Positions 37,774-47,357 are shown, counted from the first letter of the stretch. The stretch is DNA of 64,000 bases from a virus (IMGVR_UViG_2890449678_000009:14840-78839); one strand, 5' to 3'. Notes: generated by a model not told the origin, from the sequence alone. Translations and numbers: made by a program.

Positions 37774-38313
37774 ATGTTTAACCTGCTCGACCTCCTCAAC
37801 ATCGTCAAAGACTACGAAGGCGCCTTCATGACCATTGGCGGTGCCGTGCTGGGCTGGTGGGGGCAGATCGCCAAAAACCGCCTTCAGCGCCAGCGCAACG
37901 AGATTGACGCCAACAATCTAGAGAACGAGCAGCTCAAGCTGGCTCTCGAACGGGAGCGCTTCCTTACCGACAAGCTAAACCTCTGGGGCGCTAGTTATAC
38001 GATGCTGTGGGAGCGGCTGTATGACCGTGAAAGTGTCATTAAAGACTACCACTCAGCCGCTTTATCTGCACAGCGAAGGGTTAACGAACTCGAAATACGT
38101 TTAGGCGCTTCTGTGACGATGTTTGAAGAGCTCCCAGAGTTCCCGCCTGAAGATCCCGCACAATGGGCCGCCCAGTGCCCGCCATCCCCTCAAAACAGAG
38201 ATGACCATCATGACAACACTGACCCTCACACGCCCCGCACATCCAGCAGCCCCTTGGGTGGGCGGCAAGCGCCTTCTCGCCAAGAAGATCATCGCTCTGC
38301 AAAAGAAGATTGA
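37774..38313 (+). CDS. Hypothetical membrane-anchored coiled-coil protein
   Basis: N-terminal hydrophobic segment then coiled coil; 3' end overlaps the dam remnant. Confidence 0.6.
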   Translation: MFNLLDLLNIVKDYEGAFMTIGGAVLGWWGQIAKNRLQRQRNEIDANNLENEQLKLALERERFLTDKLNLWGASYTMLWERLYDRESVIKDYHSAALSAQRRVNELEIRLGASVTMFEELPEFPPEDPAQWAAQCPPSPQNRDDHHDNTDPHTPRTSSSPLGGRQAPSRQEDHRSAKED

Positions 38314-38455
38314 CCATTGCTGTTACGTAGAGCCTTTCGTCGGCATGGGTGGCGTTTTCTTGCGACGGGGATGTCACAATAGCCATGGGGGCTCTGCCGG
38401 AGAGAATGTGCCTATGATTTCATTCGAGTTTGAGAAGCGTTTTATCAACGTGTGA
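38201..38455 (+). pseudogene. Truncated D12/Dam-class adenine methyltransferase
   Basis: PWVGGKRLLAKKI...YVEPFVGMGGVFL (motifs X and I), then stops after about 80 aa with no DPPY. Confidence 0.85.
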
Positions 38456-38539
38456 AAGCAGGTTGAAACGCGTTCAAATTAGGCTCGTTCCAGTGCTATC
38501 TATTTTGTCTCAAAGTGCGAAAAATTTTGTCGCGCTACA
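38420..38539 (+). other. Right end (attR) of the Mu-like prophage
   Basis: Terminal ...GCGCTACA followed by CTAAG, where the terS frame resumes. Confidence 0.75.
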
Positions 38540-38904
38540 CTAAGGCTGCCGGTCTCTCACGCCCTGGACTGTATGCCCGCCGCGAAAGAGATGCGGAATT
38601 CGCTCAAGAATGGGATGAGGCAATCAGCACGGCCATTGACACCCTTGAAGAAGAAGCGTGGCGGCGGGCGCGTGATGGTGTGCCTGAATATCTCGTGACG
38701 GGGAAAGGGCTCGTGCTGGATAAAGAAGGCAATCCCATCATGCAGAACCGCTATTCTGATAGCTTGCTAACAACGCTTCTGAAGGCTCATAGGCCTGAGC
38801 GGTATCGGGAACGCTCCACGGTGGAGATGAATGTTACGGGGAGCCTAGCGGAGCGTCTAGATGAGGCCCGGAAGCGCGTGCAGACCCAGAGTGGGAAAGA
38901 ATAA
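38540..38904 (+). pseudogene. 3' part of the podoviral small terminase, disrupted by the Mu-like insertion
   Basis: KAAGLSR..LY.RR..D.EFA.EWDEA...L.EEAWRRA.DGV...YSD.LL..LLKA..PE.Y; N-terminus missing. Confidence 0.8.
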
Positions 38905-38908
38905 AAAA

Positions 38909-38937
38909 GGGAGAGTGGGAATAGTTCCCCCTCTCCC
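38909..38937. terminator. Hairpin terminator after terS (A tract on the 5' side)
   Basis: GGGAGAGTGGGAA-TAG-TTCCCCCTCTCCC preceded by AAAAAA. Confidence 0.6.
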
Positions 38938-39077
38938 GTAATAAGTACTTTATTTAACCCAGAAACGCACGTCTTGCCGTCAACTTTCGTGATGATCTTG
39001 CTCCACGCCAAGACGTGCATAATCGCTCCAGCGCGGACTGGAAGCGGAGAATAGCTTACAAAACCAAGAGAACGACC

Positions 39078-39278
39078 ATGACTAATTTATGGAGAAAAAT
39101 ACTTCAAATAGCATCAGCTATCGCGGTCTTGCTGTTTGTTATATTCTTTATGGATGGTATACTCTTTTACGTTGCAAGTGTTTTTGGCCCCGTTTTTTTC
39201 GTCTGGATAATTGCAGAGGGCCTAGACTACTATAAACGTTGGAAGAAGAGACGTGAACGCTCAGGCAAAAACGCTTGA
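39078..39278 (+). CDS. 66-aa two-TM membrane protein (moron)
   Basis: Low GC, hydrophobic, basic C-terminus; lies between terS and terL. Confidence 0.6.
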   Translation: MTNLWRKILQIASAIAVLLFVIFFMDGILFYVASVFGPVFFVWIIAEGLDYYKRWKKRRERSGKNA

Positions 39279-40761
39279 AGACCAGCTTGCCGACGAGATA
39301 AGCCGTTATTGCCTTGATCCGCTTGGTTTTGTGTTGTTTGCCTTCCCGTGGGGGCAAGAAGGAACAGACCTTGCCCAATCTAACGGACCGAGAGCGTGGC
39401 AGCGTGATATTCTGCGCTCAATCGGTGATAAGCTCCGTGCAGGGTATGAGCCTGATGCTGTCTTAATGCCTGCCCTGCAAGCGGTCGCTTCTGGGCATGG
39501 TGTCGGGAAGTCTGCCCTGGTGTCCATGCTGGTTGCATGGGCGTTGTGCACCTGCCCTGATACAAAGGCTGTCATTACCGCCAATACAGAGCCCCAGCTT
39601 CGCACAAAAACCTTTCCTGAGATTTCCAAATGGTTCCGGCTTCTCATTTGCGCCCATTGGTTCAAAGTGCACGGTATGAGCATTCACAGCACCGTTCCCG
39701 GTCACTCCAAGACATGGCGCGCTGATGCCGTCACATGGTCAGAGACGAACCTTGAAGCCTTCGCGGGGCTGCATAATGTCGGGCGGCGTATTCTGCTTAT
39801 CTTTGATGAAGCCTCGGGTATTATTGATCGGGTCTGGGAAGTTGCTGAAGGAGCGCTGACTGACGAAGGCACTGAGATTGTCTGGTGTGCCTTTGGGAAC
39901 CCGACGCAACCTTCAGGGCGTTTCTTTGAGTGCTTCAACCGTCAGCGCAACCGGTGGAGTGGTCAGCAGATTGACAGCCGGACCGTTGAGGGCACGAATA
40001 AAGCCCTGTTTGAGCAATGGGCTGAGGCTTACGGGGAAGACAGCGACTTTATGCGTGTCCGTGTGAAAGGGCAGTTTCCACGCTCTGGCTCTATGCAGTT
40101 TATTGGTTCAGATATCATCTCAGAGGCCTCAACGCGCGAGGTATCCGCCATCATCTCCGATGCGCTCATTATCGGCGTTGATGTGGCCCGTTATGGCGAT
40201 GATCAAAGCGTGATCTTCTTTCGTAAAGGCCGGGACGCCCGCATGATCCCCCCTATTCTGCTTCGTAAGGTTGATACCATGCAGCTTGCCGCGCGTGTTG
40301 CTGATGAAGCGCAACGCTACGGGGCGGATGCGGTCTTTATCGACGATGGAGGCGTTGGCGGCGGTGTGGTTGATCGCTGCCAGCAGATGCGCGTTCGTGG
40401 GGCGCGTGGCGTTCAGTTTGGCGGCAAATCCGACCGGGCCAACTACGCCACTAATGCCGAACGCTATGCAAACAAACGCGCTGAAATGTGGGGCTCATTA
40501 CGTGAATGGCTCAAGACCGGCGGCATCCCCGACAGCCAAGACCTTCAGACAGACCTTGCTGGGCCGTGGTATTTCTTCAATCCCCGCAATGAAATTCTCT
40601 TAGAGCGCAAGGAAGATATGAAGAAGCGCGGCCTTGCCTCTCCTGACATGGCCGACGCTCTCGCCCTTACTTTTGCGTATCCTGTGATGAACTCTCGCTT
40701 TTCTGGCGGTCCTTATGGAGCGGCTCGCCCGCAGGCGCAGGAGTATGATCCTTGGGAGTAG
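39253..40761 (+). CDS. Terminase large subunit
   Basis: ASGHGVGKS, LLIFDEASGI, FGNPT, GVDVARYGDD, SPDMADALALTFA. Confidence 0.95.
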   Translation: MNAQAKTLEDQLADEISRYCLDPLGFVLFAFPWGQEGTDLAQSNGPRAWQRDILRSIGDKLRAGYEPDAVLMPALQAVASGHGVGKSALVSMLVAWALCTCPDTKAVITANTEPQLRTKTFPEISKWFRLLICAHWFKVHGMSIHSTVPGHSKTWRADAVTWSETNLEAFAGLHNVGRRILLIFDEASGIIDRVWEVAEGALTDEGTEIVWCAFGNPTQPSGRFFECFNRQRNRWSGQQIDSRTVEGTNKALFEQWAEAYGEDSDFMRVRVKGQFPRSGSMQFIGSDIISEASTREVSAIISDALIIGVDVARYGDDQSVIFFRKGRDARMIPPILLRKVDTMQLAARVADEAQRYGADAVFIDDGGVGGGVVDRCQQMRVRGARGVQFGGKSDRANYATNAERYANKRAEMWGSLREWLKTGGIPDSQDLQTDLAGPWYFFNPRNEILLERKEDMKKRGLASPDMADALALTFAYPVMNSRFSGGPYGAARPQAQEYDPWE

Positions 40762-41374
40762 ATTCGCTTTGATGCAATTCTTTTTGAAAATACAACCTCA
40801 TTAACGAGTTAGTGGTAAAAAACACAGTAAATAATAATACTGGAGATGCCATAAACAGCCAACCATAAGTATATGACAGATCCTTTTTTAACCCTATAAT
40901 CTCTTGCATAATAATAACTTCTGATGCCATTAGATAAGATTTAACAGCGAATGAGTACATAACCGCTACCTGCTGAAGAAATTTCTTCTCAGCATATTTT
41001 TTATATTTTTTTCCACACAAAAAAACGATCAAATTACCCATGACCGAAAATAGAGGAAGTATGAATATAAGAAGAGATTCCTTTAGGGAGAAACCATTAA
41101 TTAGCAATGAAGAAAAACCATTAATTTCTTTTCCAATCGAATTACTTAAGCTTAAACCAAAAAATAAAACAGAAAAAAACAGAAAAAAACAGAAAAAACT
41201 AAAACATTCATATTCTATATCTTCTTTATAAGGGATATATTTAGAAATAACCTTTTTTTTAATTTTTGGATAATTACAAGAAGTTACGACAACAAAATAG
41301 ACAATACACAATAACACTGCATTAGCAATATTAAAAAGAACCCAAGAAACATATAAAAACAATCCCATGGACAT
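40667..41374 (-). CDS. AT-rich polytopic membrane protein (moron)
   Basis: Very low GC, about 6 hydrophobic segments, GAGGAG RBS, antisense to the late operon. Confidence 0.7.
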   Translation of the reverse strand: MSMGLFLYVSWVLFNIANAVLLCIVYFVVVTSCNYPKIKKKVISKYIPYKEDIEYECFSFFCFFLFFSVLFFGLSLSNSIGKEINGFSSLLINGFSLKESLLIFILPLFSVMGNLIVFLCGKKYKKYAEKKFLQQVAVMYSFAVKSYLMASEVIIMQEIIGLKKDLSYTYGWLFMASPVLLFTVFFTTNSLMRLYFQKELHQSESTPKDHTPAPAGEPLHKDRQKSESSSQDTQK

Positions 41375-41434
41375 AACGTCTCCTCACTGAAAAAATACAA
41401 CTCACAATGTAATATACAAAACCCCATTACCGTA

Positions 41435-41460
41435 TAGAACTTATAAACGCCGCGCATCAT
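41435..41460 (+). promoter_or_regulatory. Podoviral late promoter copy 1
   Basis: TAGAACTTATAAAC-N6-CATCAT. Confidence 0.75.
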
Positions 41461-41468
41461 CGGCCATT

Positions 41469-41672
41469 ATGTGCACATCAACTCCTCATCTCGCTAATCC
41501 GCTTCCTACGCCCTCTCCTGCTACTCCCGTCACGAATGCCGGGAAGACACAGGCGCAATCAGCCACCAACTCTGCTAAATTGGCAGGAGGTTTTGGCTCT
41601 ACGTTGCTGACGGGACCGCAAGGGCTGAACCAGACGGCCAATACAGCCCCCAAGACGCTTCTTGGCGGGTGA
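41469..41672 (+). CDS. Small virion protein preceding the portal
   Basis: MC...P..P...STLLTGPQG.....KTLLG, typical of podoviral pre-portal genes. Confidence 0.8.
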   Translation: MCTSTPHLANPLPTPSPATPVTNAGKTQAQSATNSAKLAGGFGSTLLTGPQGLNQTANTAPKTLLGG

Positions 41673-41675
41673 GCT

Positions 41676-43421
41676 ATGGCACAAAAGCGTAAGCCCTCTC
41701 CCAAGCTCGACATCAATAACCGTGACGGTCAGCAATCATTACGCGATGAAGCCGACCGTCGGTTAGTTATGATGCGCTCTGATCGTTTGTCATGGCGCGA
41801 TACGTGGCGTGAGATCAGCCATTTCATTCTCCCCACGCGCGGGCGCTATTTTCATGTGCCGAACCAAGGCAGCCGGGGCCGTGTAAAAGGCCCGCAGATT
41901 GTCGATAAAACCGGTTCTATCGCCCTAGGCAATCTCTCAGCGTTTCTCATGGCGGGTATTACGTCACCGGCGCGTGATTGGTTTCGTTTAGAAACAAACA
42001 ATGACCAGCTTAATGATGATCCACAGGTGAAGCTCTGGCTGTCTGATACGAAAAGCCGTCTACAGCGTGTTTTTGCGACCGGGAACTTCTATGCGTCTAT
42101 GAGCCAGACGTACGAAGAGCTGGCAGGCTTTGGCACGGCGGCTTGTATCATCCTGCAAGATTATGAAGATGTTGTCCGCTTTTACCCGCTGACTGCTGGG
42201 GAATATTACCTTGCCCAAAATGCACGCGGTGAGGTCGATACGCTCTTTCGGGAATATGTGCAGAATGTCGCCCAAATCGTGCAGCGTTTTGGCCTTGATA
42301 ACGTCTCCCCCACCGTCCGCTCCCTTTGGGAAAGCCGCCAACTCACCCAAGAGCTTCCCATCGTCCATGCCATCATGCCGAACAGTTCCCGTATTGCTGG
42401 GGCGTTTGGATGGAAGGGTGCGCCCTATATTGGCATTTATTACGAATATGGAAACGATACCGAGCCAGCCCTGCTGATTGAGTCCTACCCACGTAAGCCC
42501 TTTATTGCGCCACGATGGGCCACAGTGAGCAATGATGCTTACGGTCATGGCCCCGGTGAAGACGCGCTGCCTGACATTAAGTCCCTCCAAGTTGCACAGC
42601 TCCGCCTTGCAGAGGCCGTTGATAAATATGCACGACCACCAACAATGGCGGATTCATCGCTGCAAGAGAGTATGGTGAACCTTCTCCCCGGCGGACTGAA
42701 CTTCATTCCCGGGCTGAATGCTGCTGGGAATGGGGCAGGTATTCGTCCCGTCTATCAGGTCAATCCCAATATCTCACCTTTGCAGGAGCGTATTGCGGAG
42801 TTTCAGGATCAAGTGCGCAAAACACTTCGCAATGACCTGATTTTGATGGTCTCGCAGGATATGGGCACGACACAGCCCGTCACAGCAGCAGAAATCAATG
42901 TGCGTCAGCAAGAAAAGATGTTGACCCTTGGGCCTGTTTTAGAACGTTTCCACAATGAAGCGCTTGACCCGATCATTACAACCACGCTGGAGATTATGGA
43001 GCGTGGCGGCCTGCTCAAGCCGCGCCCTCCCGGGCTCGGTGGTCGTTCTCTCAAGATTGCTTACAGCTCTATTCTAGCTCAAGCACAGCGCGCGACTGAA
43101 ACCACGGGGATTGAGCAGCTTGTACGCTTTGCGGGCAGTATGGCGGGGGCTGATCCGTCGATTATGGACAATCTAGACCTTGATGCCGCCCTTGACCGTT
43201 ATGGCGATCTTCTGGGTGTGGACCCATCCATGCTCAAAGACCCACAATCCGTCGCACAACTCCGCCAGCAACGGGCCTACCAGCAACAGCAGCAACAGAT
43301 GGCCGAACAAGCTCAGCAAATGGCCGCCGGGGCCAAGAACCTCTCGCAAGCCGATGTCGGCGGGGGCTCCAACGCCCTGCAAGCCATTATGAGCGGCCTC
43401 AACACGCAACAAGGACAGTAA
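41676..43421 (+). CDS. Portal / head-tail connector
   Basis: GITSPARDWFRL, FGTA, PRW......YG.GPG..ALPDIK.LQ, TAAEI..R.QEK...LGPVLER. Confidence 0.95.
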   Translation: MAQKRKPSPKLDINNRDGQQSLRDEADRRLVMMRSDRLSWRDTWREISHFILPTRGRYFHVPNQGSRGRVKGPQIVDKTGSIALGNLSAFLMAGITSPARDWFRLETNNDQLNDDPQVKLWLSDTKSRLQRVFATGNFYASMSQTYEELAGFGTAACIILQDYEDVVRFYPLTAGEYYLAQNARGEVDTLFREYVQNVAQIVQRFGLDNVSPTVRSLWESRQLTQELPIVHAIMPNSSRIAGAFGWKGAPYIGIYYEYGNDTEPALLIESYPRKPFIAPRWATVSNDAYGHGPGEDALPDIKSLQVAQLRLAEAVDKYARPPTMADSSLQESMVNLLPGGLNFIPGLNAAGNGAGIRPVYQVNPNISPLQERIAEFQDQVRKTLRNDLILMVSQDMGTTQPVTAAEINVRQQEKMLTLGPVLERFHNEALDPIITTTLEIMERGGLLKPRPPGLGGRSLKIAYSSILAQAQRATETTGIEQLVRFAGSMAGADPSIMDNLDLDAALDRYGDLLGVDPSMLKDPQSVAQLRQQRAYQQQQQQMAEQAQQMAAGAKNLSQADVGGGSNALQAIMSGLNTQQGQ

Positions 43422-43423
43422 TC

Positions 43424-43699
43424 ATGCAAGACCCTCATGATGCTCAACAGATCAACGACCATCGCAAGCGCCGCAAAGCCCGCGCGACACAAGAACAGCA
43501 CGACCTACAGATCATCGCGGCTTTGCCAGAAGGAAACCGCCTCTTACAGCGCATCATCACCTTAACAGGACAAGATGCCGCCTCTTTTGTGCCCAATGAT
43601 GCCCTCGCGACCGCCTATCGTGAAGGGCAGCGCAGTATTGGGATCAGACTCACCTCATGGCTCAATGACGCGCTAAAAAAATCTGAGAACACCCCATAG
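43424..43699 (+). CDS. Bbp19-like protein
   Basis: PEG.RLL..I....G....SF.......AYREGQRSIG. Confidence 0.8.
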   Translation: MQDPHDAQQINDHRKRRKARATQEQHDLQIIAALPEGNRLLQRIITLTGQDAASFVPNDALATAYREGQRSIGIRLTSWLNDALKKSENTP

Positions 43700-43722
43700 A
43701 ACTTATAAATGCCCGTCATGCT
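43697..43722 (+). promoter_or_regulatory. Podoviral late promoter copy 2
   Basis: TAGAACTTATAAAT-N6-CATGCT. Confidence 0.75.
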
Positions 43723-43756
43723 CTTCTTTATCTGATGGATAGGAGAGCTTTCAGGC

Positions 43757-44449
43757 ATGAGTGATGCCCAAACACAAACAGATGCAGCCGCCCCAAGTAA
43801 TGAAGCCAGCACAGAGGCAACAAACGAGACCAACGCCAGCCTAACGGGCGACGCCCCGAGCCCTTCAGAAGAGGACAGCAAACACGCGTCCCCTTCTGAG
43901 CAGACCGATGCCCCCTCTAAAGCTGATGACGATCAGGGCAAGGAAGACGCGCCTAAAAAAGACGGTCCCCCAGAAAAATATGACTTCACAGCGCCAGAGG
44001 GCATGGACGTCGATAAAGACGCCTTGTCCTCCTACGAGGAAATGGCACGAGAACATGGTCTGTCTCAGGAACAATTTAACGCCGTTACTCAGCATGGCCT
44101 TGAGTTTTTCCAGCAACAGCTTGGCAAACTGTCCGAAGCCCATGCCGCCCGAGAGCAAGGCTGGCGTAAAGACGCCCTCAGCGACACGGAGCTCTCCGAT
44201 GGGCAAGCCCTCAAACCTGAAGTTATGGCCAATGTCGGTCATGTGTTCGAACAATTTGGCGGCAATGACCTCCGCCATGCTCTCACCGAAACCGGGGCTG
44301 GCAACCATCCACAGATTATCCGCGCCTTTAACGCGATCGGCAAAGCGTTAGGTGCCGCCCACACACCCGATAAAGGCAAACCCGCAAGCGAACTCAAAGG
44401 CAACAGCTTTGAAGACATCGCCCGCCGCCGTTATGGCTCTAACAGCTAA
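43757..44449 (+). CDS. Capsid scaffolding protein
   Basis: Acidic N-terminus, PEKYDF..PEG, GLSQEQ, TGAGNHP.IIR.F..IGK. Confidence 0.88.
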   Translation: MSDAQTQTDAAAPSNEASTEATNETNASLTGDAPSPSEEDSKHASPSEQTDAPSKADDDQGKEDAPKKDGPPEKYDFTAPEGMDVDKDALSSYEEMAREHGLSQEQFNAVTQHGLEFFQQQLGKLSEAHAAREQGWRKDALSDTELSDGQALKPEVMANVGHVFEQFGGNDLRHALTETGAGNHPQIIRAFNAIGKALGAAHTPDKGKPASELKGNSFEDIARRRYGSNS

Positions 44450-44460
44450 GGTTCCCTCTC

Positions 44461-45513
44461 ATGGCTCTTAACAATAGCACGTTCCTCACCCTTACTGACT
44501 GGGCAACCCGTCGTGATCCCAATGGCGGCATTGCTGACACGGTTAACCTGCTTTCTCAAACGAATGAGATTCTCAATGATCTCATTTTCAAAGAAGGCAA
44601 CCTCCCAACCGGGAATAAAACAACGGTAAGGACGGGTCTCCCTGCCGCAACATGGCGCTTGCTCAACTATGGTGTGCCACGCGGAAAATCCACCACCGCC
44701 CAAGTGACAGACACGTGCGGAATGTTAGAGACGTACTCGCTTGTCGATAAAGACCTTGCGAACCTTGAAGGAGATGTCGGGGCGTTCCGTCTGTCAGAAG
44801 ATATGGCGTTTCTTGAAGGCATGAACCAGCAGATGGCCCGCACGCTTATCTATGGCAATGAGCAAAGCGATGTGGGGGCGTTTACCGGGCTTTCCCCGCG
44901 TTATAACACGCTGGATACCAACAAAGCCGCCTCGGCTGCAAATGTGATGGACGGCAAAGGGCGCGGCAGCACGAATACCTCTATCTGGCTGTGCTGCTGG
45001 GGGCCAACGGCAGGGTTTGGGATTTTCCCTAAAGGTTCTGTTGCTGGATTGCAACAAAAGGATGTCACAACGGATGCTCCCGTTATGGATGACCAGGGGA
45101 ATCCCTTCCAAGCCTACCAGATGCATTACAAATGGGATTGCGGCCTAACGATCCGTGATTGGCGCTATTTTGTGCGTATTGCCAATATTGACGTAAACGC
45201 CTTGACAGGAGAAGGCGCGGCTAACCTGATCGCCCTGATGGCTGCAGCCTGCTTTAAACCTCCAACCATGCCATCCACGGCTTCCAATGTGCAGTCAGCG
45301 ACACGCGCAACGGGGGGAACGCCGCTCTCCTTTGGTCGTCCGGTTTTCTACGTCAACCGCACCATTGCCTCAGCTCTATCTATTCAAGCGATGAACAAGA
45401 CCAACGTTCTGCTTACCCAAGATGAGTTCGACGGGAAGCCGGTGCTGCGCTTCCGTGGCATTCCGATCCGGGTCGTGGATGCGATCATGAACACTGAAGA
45501 CACCGTTCAGTAA
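44461..45513 (+). CDS. Major capsid protein (BPP-1/epsilon15-like)
   Basis: LLSQTNEIL.D..F.EGN..TG...TVRTGLP.ATWR.LN.GV, FTGL.PRY, W..GL.IRDWRY.VRIANID, FRGIPIR.VDAI.NTE. Confidence 0.95.
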   Translation: MALNNSTFLTLTDWATRRDPNGGIADTVNLLSQTNEILNDLIFKEGNLPTGNKTTVRTGLPAATWRLLNYGVPRGKSTTAQVTDTCGMLETYSLVDKDLANLEGDVGAFRLSEDMAFLEGMNQQMARTLIYGNEQSDVGAFTGLSPRYNTLDTNKAASAANVMDGKGRGSTNTSIWLCCWGPTAGFGIFPKGSVAGLQQKDVTTDAPVMDDQGNPFQAYQMHYKWDCGLTIRDWRYFVRIANIDVNALTGEGAANLIALMAAACFKPPTMPSTASNVQSATRATGGTPLSFGRPVFYVNRTIASALSIQAMNKTNVLLTQDEFDGKPVLRFRGIPIRVVDAIMNTEDTVQ

Positions 45514-45542
45514 TCCTCGCGCACCTTGATAAGGAACACCCC

Positions 45543-45983
45543 ATGATCGTTGATAAACTGCTTCTTTTCTCAAATAAGCAAGACCTCACCCAAGCCCAAG
45601 CGGGCTCTCCAACTCCTTCCACAAACGTAGTGGACTTTTCCCAAGCACGGGATTTTGGGCCAACAGAAGGCTTTAAAGTCTTTGTAGAGTTCGCGTCCCT
45701 CCCCGTTGGGCCGTCAGGCACCACACTGTCCATTGCTGTGCAGGTGTCAACGGACAATCAGACTTGGACAACGCTGGAAGATTTCCCGTCCATTGACGTA
45801 ACAACATTAACGCAAGCACATCCTTTTGCCGTCCGCGCCAAACCGGCCTTCTCCAACACAGCCTATCGCTATATGCGCCTGACCTATAGCCCTAGTCAGG
45901 CTCTTAGTTCCGGTATCGTTATGGCTGGGATCAATCTCGATGTGCCCGCTCAACGGGCTTACCCTAAAAACTACGTGGCGTAA
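45543..45983 (+). CDS. Capsid cement protein (Bbp16-like)
   Basis: MIVDKLLLFS..Q......STNVVD ... RYMRL.Y......G...AGI. Confidence 0.85.
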   Translation: MIVDKLLLFSNKQDLTQAQAGSPTPSTNVVDFSQARDFGPTEGFKVFVEFASLPVGPSGTTLSIAVQVSTDNQTWTTLEDFPSIDVTTLTQAHPFAVRAKPAFSNTAYRYMRLTYSPSQALSSGIVMAGINLDVPAQRAYPKNYVA

Positions 45984-45992
45984 GGAACAATC

Positions 45993-46385
45993 ATGGCACG
46001 TTATCGCGTCACAACCGCAAGCTTTATCAATGGCCGCTACGTCGAGGAGGACACCGTCATTGATTATGATGGCATTCCTGGCTTCAACCTTGACCCTCTT
46101 GATGAAGAGGCACGCAGCGCAAAGAAAGCAGCAGGACAAGCCGGGGAAAGAGACGTCAATGGCCGGGCCTTTCAGGAAGACCTGACCCGCTCCGATGGCA
46201 CGCCTTCTGCGCTGAACAGCGCAGAAACGGTTAAGGATCAGGACGCCTTAGAAGAGCAGCCTAAGCCTGCCCAAGCTGAGCTCCTTTCCAAAGAAGAGGC
46301 GGAAACGCCGCCTGAACCCGGTAAGGAAGAAGATGCTTCTGCACGGTCAACAAACACGCCATCTAAATCAGCGAAAAAGAGCTAA
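45993..46385 (+). CDS. Hypothetical virion-region protein
   Basis: RYRV...SFING..VE.D.VI.YDG.PG.NL.PLD, then a low-complexity tail. Confidence 0.7.
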   Translation: MARYRVTTASFINGRYVEEDTVIDYDGIPGFNLDPLDEEARSAKKAAGQAGERDVNGRAFQEDLTRSDGTPSALNSAETVKDQDALEEQPKPAQAELLSKEEAETPPEPGKEEDASARSTNTPSKSAKKS

Positions 46386-46388
46386 GGC

Positions 46389-47357
46389 ATGACGACCGAC
46401 ATTGACCTCTGCAATCGTGCACTCATGCGTCTTGGCACACAAAGCGCGATCACCTCATTTGATGATGGCTCTGTAGAGGCCAGTGTGTGTGCGTCCTTCT
46501 ACGGCGATGTCTTGCAATCCATGCTGGCCCATCCTGCCAGTATGGGCGGCCCCGTTTATACGTGGCAATGGCCGCGCTGTGTGGGAACGGGTCTAACGGC
46601 ACCCAGCAGCAATCCACGCTGGCGCTACGAGATCGCTCTGCCCTCAGACTCTGTCCGCGTGCTGCGCGTTGATAACGCCCTTACCGAAAAGCCCCAAGAC
46701 CACCGCAAGGTGCTTTTTGAGCCACGTGAAAGCTTTGGCGAAGGGATGGGCAAAGCAGGCGGTGTGGCACTCGTGCCCGTCCTCTTCACTGATCATCAAC
46801 AGGTCAGCGTCACCTACATCACACAATCGGTGGATATCGACCATTGGCCGCCTGCGTTCAGGCGGGCGTTCTGGCTCTCTTTAGCCGCTGCTATCGCCAC
46901 AACATTGGGCATTGACGGAAGCACAGCCGCTGCTGTTGCTCAAGAAGCCGAACGTGAAGTTGCCCGCGCTTGTCTTGCCGATCAGCGCGTTGAGGTCGTC
47001 GATACTGAAATCGTGCCTGATTGGCTCTCTGTTCGTTGTGGATATGGGGAAACGCAACGCGCCATACACCAAACGGACACTACCTTTGAGAGCGGTTTTA
47101 TTGCAGGAAACTCCCATCCCCCTGCGCCTGCTCCAATCCCCAGCACACCCCCTATCGGGCCTCATGGCGTCATTCCAACAGGGCTAGAGACACGCGACAT
47201 TGCCAACAAGCAAGATCTTTATATTCCAGCTGATACACCAGACAGTAGAGCAGGCATTCTTACCATAGGTCGAAGTCCTGTTGGTTGGCGTCGCCCCTAC
47301 CATACAGAAACGATCAATGCCAATGCACCAGAGCACACAGGGGAATATGATCTGTGA
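46389..47357 (+). CDS. Tail tubular protein A / adaptor with Pro-rich C-terminal extension
   Basis: IDLCNRAL.RLG...I.S.DD.S.EA..C..FY, Y..ALPSD, WPPAF..A....LA. Confidence 0.8.
   Translation: MTTDIDLCNRALMRLGTQSAITSFDDGSVEASVCASFYGDVLQSMLAHPASMGGPVYTWQWPRCVGTGLTAPSSNPRWRYEIALPSDSVRVLRVDNALTEKPQDHRKVLFEPRESFGEGMGKAGGVALVPVLFTDHQQVSVTYITQSVDIDHWPPAFRRAFWLSLAAAIATTLGIDGSTAAAVAQEAEREVARACLADQRVEVVDTEIVPDWLSVRCGYGETQRAIHQTDTTFESGFIAGNSHPPAPAPIPSTPPIGPHGVIPTGLETRDIANKQDLYIPADTPDSRAGILTIGRSPVGWRRPYHTETINANAPEHTGEYDL

Larger units (their letters stand above)
1..38539 (+). mobile_element. Mu-like transposable prophage (myovirus); left end outside the window
   Basis: Gene order c-ner-A-B-SEE-mor/C-lys-terminase-portal-F-G-I/Z-T-tail-baseplate-fibre-dam; ends in ...AAAATTTTGTCGCGCTACA (terminal CA). 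Confidence 0.95.

Noticed and set aside
38515-38904. Intact 129-aa small terminase starting at GTG 38515
   Set aside because: The first 8 codons come from the Mu-like right end; there is no RBS and the N-terminal helix is missing.
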